Source: an uncultured Bacteroidota bacterium
GTDB lineage: Bacteria > Bacteroidota > Bacteroidia > Bacteroidales > FEN-979
Reading direction: 5' to 3'
DNA: 61,410 bases
NCBI GenBank assembly: GCA_937900965.1
Contig: CALCGJ010000056.1
Coordinates: 1-61,410, forward strand
Within the stretch, counting starts at the first letter, position 1, and each line of letters starts with the position of its first letter. Below the pieces are notes generated by a model that saw nothing but the letters and a program-made list of their open reading frames with translations, made no database searches and had not been told where the DNA came from. Made by a program: the position numbers and the translations under genes. Shown in pieces: positions 57,901 through 61,410 of this stretch.

Positions 57901-59286
57901 TATAGGGACGTAAACGATCAGAATGATCAACACTCCAAAGACTGCTGAATGGCTGACCCTGCTGGTGGCTTTGAAAACCGTTTCATCCATCTTCGGTTGA
58001 TCGAGCCGCTGCATGTTGAAATGTTTCTGCAACTGGTGCATGATCCCTTCTACAACGATCACTGTTCCATCCACAATCAATCCGAAGTCGATAGCTCCCA
58101 TGCTCATCAGGTTGGCTGATACGTTGAACACCTTCATCATGGCAATTGCAAAGAGCATTGACAGTGGGATGACAGATGCCACGATCAACCCGGAACGCAT
58201 ATTTCCGAGCAGGAGAACCAGAACAAAAATGACGATCAGACCCCCCTCTATGAGGTTAGTCGTGACGGTGCGGATGGTTTTCCCGATTAATAATGATCTG
58301 TCAAGATAGGGCTTGATCTCTAGTCCGGCAGGTAGTATCTTTTCAATTTTCCGAATCCGTTCCTTCACCAGGTTAGTCACTTCAGCGCTGTTGGCCCCCT
58401 TCAGCATCAATGTGATCCCACCAACCGCTTCGCCTTTCCCATTTTTGGTCATCGCTCCGAAACGGGGAGGGGATCCGATTTTTACCTTCGCTACATCCCT
58501 GATAGTAATCGGGAGCCCGTTTACCGTTTTGACTACGATCTTCTCAATATCCCCGATATCTCTCACAACCCCTTCAGTGCGAATATAATAGGCCTCCTGC
58601 CGTTTCTCGATGTAGCTTCCACCGGAGTTCTGATTATTATTTTCAAGGGCATCAAAGATCTCGGGGATTGTAATGTTCATCCCAACCAGGTGCCTGGGAT
58701 CAATAGCAACCTCATATTGTTTCAGCAATCCTCCAAACGAACTGATCTCTACAATACCAGGAATACCAGCCAGTTGTCGTTTTACTATCCAGTCCTGAAT
58801 TGTCCTGAGGTCATAGAGGGTGTATTGATCCTCGAAACCAGGTTTAGGCTCCAGCACATACTGATAGATCTCTCCCAGGCCCGTTGTCACGGGCATCATT
58901 TCCGGAACACCGTAATCAGCAGGAATCTGCTGAGCAGCCAGGGCAATCTGCTCTGAAACAATCTGCCTTGCATTCATGACACTTACATGATCTTTAAAGA
59001 CAATGGTAACTACGGAAAGTCCGAATCTCGAAAGGGATCGGATTTCGGTTACATCCTGGATATTGGCCATTGCGGCTTCCACAGGGAATGTGATGAACTG
59101 TTCCACCTCCTGGGGTGCGAGAGATGGTGAAATCGTGATCACCTGTACCTGATTGTTGGTTATATCCGGAACAGCATCAATGGGGAGCCCGATAAAACTA
59201 TAGAACCCCCAGACAATCAGCGCAATTGTCAACAGGCCGATAACCAGTTTATTCTTAATGGAAAAGATGATGATTTTGTCAAGCAT
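54937..59286 (-). CDS. CusA/CzcA family heavy-metal RND transporter fused to a C-terminal TolC-like domain
   Basis: LPIDAVPDITNNQVQ, ANLMSMGAIDFG, EGKMFKPMA, RLRPVIMT, GAEVQKPLATVVIGG; about 400 extra helical residues resembling an outer-membrane efflux protein. Confidence 0.92.
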   Translation of the reverse strand: MLDKIIIFSIKNKLVIGLLTIALIVWGFYSFIGLPIDAVPDITNNQVQVITISPSLAPQEVEQFITFPVEAAMANIQDVTEIRSLSRFGLSVVTIVFKDHVSVMNARQIVSEQIALAAQQIPADYGVPEMMPVTTGLGEIYQYVLEPKPGFEDQYTLYDLRTIQDWIVKRQLAGIPGIVEISSFGGLLKQYEVAIDPRHLVGMNITIPEIFDALENNNQNSGGSYIEKRQEAYYIRTEGVVRDIGDIEKIVVKTVNGLPITIRDVAKVKIGSPPRFGAMTKNGKGEAVGGITLMLKGANSAEVTNLVKERIRKIEKILPAGLEIKPYLDRSLLIGKTIRTVTTNLIEGGLIVIFVLVLLLGNMRSGLIVASVIPLSMLFAIAMMKVFNVSANLMSMGAIDFGLIVDGTVIVVEGIMHQLQKHFNMQRLDQPKMDETVFKATSRVSHSAVFGVLIILIVYVPIFAFTGIEGKMFKPMAQTVSFALIGALILSFTYVPMVASIFLRKNVHFKKNISAKLMDHLHRWHDRTLSIALRLPVLVIAGVSLIVLISLWNFSRMGGEFLPTLEEGDLACQMTLPPGSSLSQSIVTTTQAEKILIERFPEVIDVVSKIGSAEVPTDPMAIEDADVMITMKPKKEWVSAATREEMVEKMKTALDVIPGASFDFSQPIQLRFNELMTGVKTDVAVKIFGEELDILFDQANKAASIISKIPGAGDVKVDQIVGLPQLVVTFNREKVAQYGLSINEINSIIRTAFAGQAAGLVFEGERRFDLVVRLDEKYRKNVDALRNLRVNRPDEELILLSQVADIREVSGPMLISREETKRRATIGINIRNRDVESFIDEVDAELTRQMILPAGYYFTYGGQFENLKTAKRTSSIAVPVALAAIFIMLFFAFNSFKQSVMVFTAIPLAAVGGIWALMIRGMPFSISAGVGFIALFGIAVLNGIVLISHYNQLEKEGVSDIWERIKQGTSDRLRPVIMTSLVAAFGFVPMALSTAAGAEVQKPLATVVIGGILTASILTLVVLPVLYYTFQEGFQCALRRLWVRSKNNLPPVATLLILFLLPVAMNGQNSNEPMVLTMPEAVNIALENTIELKNFELEKKAEKSLIMAEFDLAGPTVGIETGEINSRLKDYKVVISQDFDFPMVYVEKVVAQKAKTEATSLLSDLKKVELLSEVKSVYMEWWISSVKLRLKEKQDSIFGIFYNATSKQFSAGDVNQLDVLISESRKAKTELDVRSLRSDMESTLNELKTMIHSDTNYVAPANFPERMEVPTLPSNGMEDNLTMDFLESSLKYEKANLRKESWKLAPSFNIGWFTQSLDRVEPFTGWTYGISLPVWFWVPMGKIKSAKIRRDIAYNEIENGLHHLNSRWFRYRKDLEKAEFTLSYFDEKGLALSLSMISSAEKSYRAGEINLFQYIFTLNEAFSLQIEYLDALNSYNQTVIRIYRLLGKI

Positions 59287-59354
59287 ACCGTTGAAAAAAC
59301 GAATTTATGTCAAAAATAGGGAAAATTCTGCAATGAAAATGGGATTAAGGAATC

Positions 59355-59420
59355 AGGGCATGGAGGCATGAAGGTCTCTCCGACTCCTCTGTGCCTCCTC
59401 CGTGATCTCAGTGGTAAAAA
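59355..59420 (+). repeat. GGAGGCAT octamers plus a CTCTGTG..CTCCGTG..CTCAGTGGT element
   Basis: AGGGCATGGAGGCATGAAGG, then CTCTGTGCCTCCTCCGTGATCTCAGTGGTAAAAA. Confidence 0.55.
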
Positions 59421-59475
59421 CGAATAGTTCAACTATTATCAATAAATTTACAGTCTGAAGCTGACATCCTCAATC

Positions 59476-61410
59476 TTGAAACATTCTCCCCTATATTTCT
59501 TGTTTTCCCTTGGACTTGCTCTCTCCTTACAGGGCCAATACTATTCCACAGGCCAGGATCCGGCTTCAGTCAGATGGAGCCAGATAAGGACCGATTCATT
59601 CAGGATTGTCTTCCCGGAAAGCTTTATCAGCAACAGCCAGCATCTTGCCAACATCCTGTCGCTGACTACCAAATACGAAACGAAGTCACTCCAGTCAAAA
59701 GTTCCCCGGATGCCGTTTCTACTGCATACCAGTTCTACTATTTCAAATGGTGTGACAGTCTGGGCTCCGCGGCGCATCGAGTTGTATACCTGTCCTCCCC
59801 AGGATATCTACGCCGAAGAGTGGCTCGAACAGTTGGCGCTGCACGAATACCGGCATGCGGTACAGACCAGCAAGATGAACCAGGGCTTCACAAAAGTGCT
59901 CTACTACATCTTTGGTGAGCAGGCAACCGGCGCTGTCCTGGGACTCTATATCCCATCATGGTTCCTCGAGGGGGATGCTGCAGTAACCGAAACAGCTCTC
60001 TCCAATACGGGGCGAGGCCGTGTGGCTTCGTTTGCTGCTCCCCTTCGGGCACAGTTCCTCCAGAAAGGGATCTACTCCTACGACCTGGCTACAATGGGTT
60101 CTTTTAAAACCTTCACCCCTGATGCCTATGTCCTTGGATACCATCTGGTTGCCAGATCGAGAGAGAAATATGGCTATGAACTCTGGGACCATTCCCTGGA
60201 TAAAGTGGCTAAACTCCCCTTCATGGTGGTGCCCTTCAATGCCGGCATCAAACAGAAGACGGGTTTATGGAAAACCGGTCTCTACCGGAAGATGATGGAG
60301 GAGCTTCTTATTGATTGGCTGCGGCAGGAAGATGACTCATGGCAATCATCCTATCGTCGGGTTACCGAACCTGACCGATCCGACTACACCACATGGGACC
60401 GGCCTCAATACGCCAACGACTCGATCCTGATCGCGGCCCGGTGGAGCAATGAGGGGGTGCCAAAACTTATGCTGCTGAACCAATCGGGGCAATCACTGAA
60501 GCTGACCAGGCTTGGGGCTTATCAACCCGGTAGTCTCTCGGTTGAAGGAGATGTGGTGGTATGGACAGAGTACCGGCCGGATATCCGGTGGGAGAACAGG
60601 AGTTATTCGGTGATCAGGAAATACGCACCCCTAAATCCCAGTTTGCTTCGCATTGCTCGCAAGGGGACTTACTCCCCCTTTAGGGGGTTGGGGGGTAAGT
60701 CGGGGTGCAGGGATCTAACCCGCAAATCCCGCTATTTCTCTCCTGCCCTTTCCTCTGACGGAAGCCGGATTCTGGCGGTGAGGATCACTGAAGAGAATCA
60801 ATCATTTATTGACATTCTGAACATCGAAAACGGGGAGGTTCTGATCTCCATTCCGGCACCGCTTAACGGATTATTCCTCCAACCGGCCTGGGCGACAGAT
60901 GGCGGCAAGATTGCTTCAATCCTGCTAACACAGGAGGGAAAATCACTCCAGGTAATTGATGTATCAGGTGACTCCAGAACCACCTATTTAAATCCTGCAT
61001 TCACCGAGATCTCCGGCCCTCTCCTCTTTTTCAGGAATTACCTGCTTTTCATGGCCGACTATACAGGCATCGAAAACATCTTTGCCATCGACACCCTGAC
61101 CCGGCAACTCTACCAGGTTACGTCAGCGCGTTTTCAGGCTGTCAACCCTTCCATCTCTCCTGACGGGAACACGCTAACCTATTCCGATTATTGTGCCGAC
61201 GGGATGATGGTGGTGACCCGCGAATCGGACCCTTCACGATGGATTAAACTGGATTCGGTTCCCGAATTCACCTTTGAGCTGGCAGAGGCGATGGCGAGGC
61301 AGGAGGGGGTGAATGTTCAGGATAGCGTTAGAAAGATGTACGAAGTTCGAAGTACGAAGTACGAAAGCAAGTTCGAAGTTGGAAGTACGAAGTACGATTC
61401 ATCATTCACC
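59476..61410 (+). CDS. Exported protein with a gluzincin-like HEXXH domain and TolB-like propeller repeats (3' partial; not in ORF track)
   Basis: The frame from TTG 59476 translates sensibly at every point checked up to the window end: MKHSPLYFL...QYYSTGQDPASVRWSQI, LALHEYRHAVQ, PSWFLEGDA, YFSPALSSDG, PSISPDG. Confidence 0.8.
   Translation, partial: MKHSPLYFLFSLGLALSLQGQYYSTGQDPASVRWSQIRTDSFRIVFPESFISNSQHLANILSLTTKYETKSLQSKVPRMPFLLHTSSTISNGVTVWAPRRIELYTCPPQDIYAEEWLEQLALHEYRHAVQTSKMNQGFTKVLYYIFGEQATGAVLGLYIPSWFLEGDAAVTETALSNTGRGRVASFAAPLRAQFLQKGIYSYDLATMGSFKTFTPDAYVLGYHLVARSREKYGYELWDHSLDKVAKLPFMVVPFNAGIKQKTGLWKTGLYRKMMEELLIDWLRQEDDSWQSSYRRVTEPDRSDYTTWDRPQYANDSILIAARWSNEGVPKLMLLNQSGQSLKLTRLGAYQPGSLSVEGDVVVWTEYRPDIRWENRSYSVIRKYAPLNPSLLRIARKGTYSPFRGLGGKSGCRDLTRKSRYFSPALSSDGSRILAVRITEENQSFIDILNIENGEVLISIPAPLNGLFLQPAWATDGGKIASILLTQEGKSLQVIDVSGDSRTTYLNPAFTEISGPLLFFRNYLLFMADYTGIENIFAIDTLTRQLYQVTSARFQAVNPSISPDGNTLTYSDYCADGMMVVTRESDPSRWIKLDSVPEFTFELAEAMARQEGVNVQDSVRKMYEVRSTKYESKFEVGSTKYDSSFT
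60627..60696. repeat. CCCCTAAATCCC double-hairpin element, copy 4, in frame inside the last CDS, with nested TTGCTTCGCATTGCTCGCAA
   Basis: Encodes PLNPSLLRIARKGTYSPFRGLGG. Confidence 0.8.
61336..61397 (+). repeat. In-frame GAAGT(A/T)C heptamer array in the last CDS
   Basis: GTAC GAAGTTC GAAGTAC GAAGTAC GAAAGC AAGTTC GAAGTTG GAAGTAC GAAGTAC; encodes YEVRSTKYESKFEVGSTKYD. Confidence 0.8.

Noticed and set aside
55256-58956. Series of plus-strand ORFs opposite the CzcA gene
   Set aside because: Antisense in-register shadows with no independent coding signal.
54937-59286. CzcA-TolC fusion as a novelty
   Set aside because: This ~1450-aa architecture is common in Bacteroidota.
1-61410. tRNA, rRNA, IS transposase, integrase or prophage
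   Set aside because: None recognised; intergenic gaps are short and accounted for. tRNAscan-SE and Infernal would be needed to exclude small RNAs formally.

Overview
A 61.4 kb gene-dense chromosomal segment from a Bacteroidota bacterium, probably an environmental Bacteroidales-type lineage. Evidence for this placement: TAnnTTTG -7 promoter boxes, no Shine-Dalgarno motifs, PorT, GldA and many T9SS C-terminal sorting domains. It carries housekeeping genes (pyrH, secA, coaD, menG/ubiE, rplM-rpsI-rpsB-tsf, metK with a SAM-II-like riboswitch, rdgB, ddl, rluD, plsC, a lysA-like gene, rfaD) and futalosine-pathway menaquinone genes (mqnE, mqnB, mqnD). It also has seven T9SS-secreted proteins, including two proteases and two very large repetitive surface proteins, plus a FadL/GDSL-lipase pair and a CzcA-TolC fusion efflux system. 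Two partial CDSs at the window edges are missing from the ORF track. No rRNA, tRNA, CRISPR array, transposase or prophage was seen. The most unusual signal is a dense set of short repeats: 7- and 8-nt tandem arrays, REP-like palindromes, CCCCTAAATCCCC-type double hairpins and RPE-like GTCATTGCGA arms. These occupy many intergenic gaps, supply the stop codons of about a dozen genes, nest inside one another, and sit in frame inside at least five protein-coding genes. All product calls come from motif recognition by eye; no database search was run.
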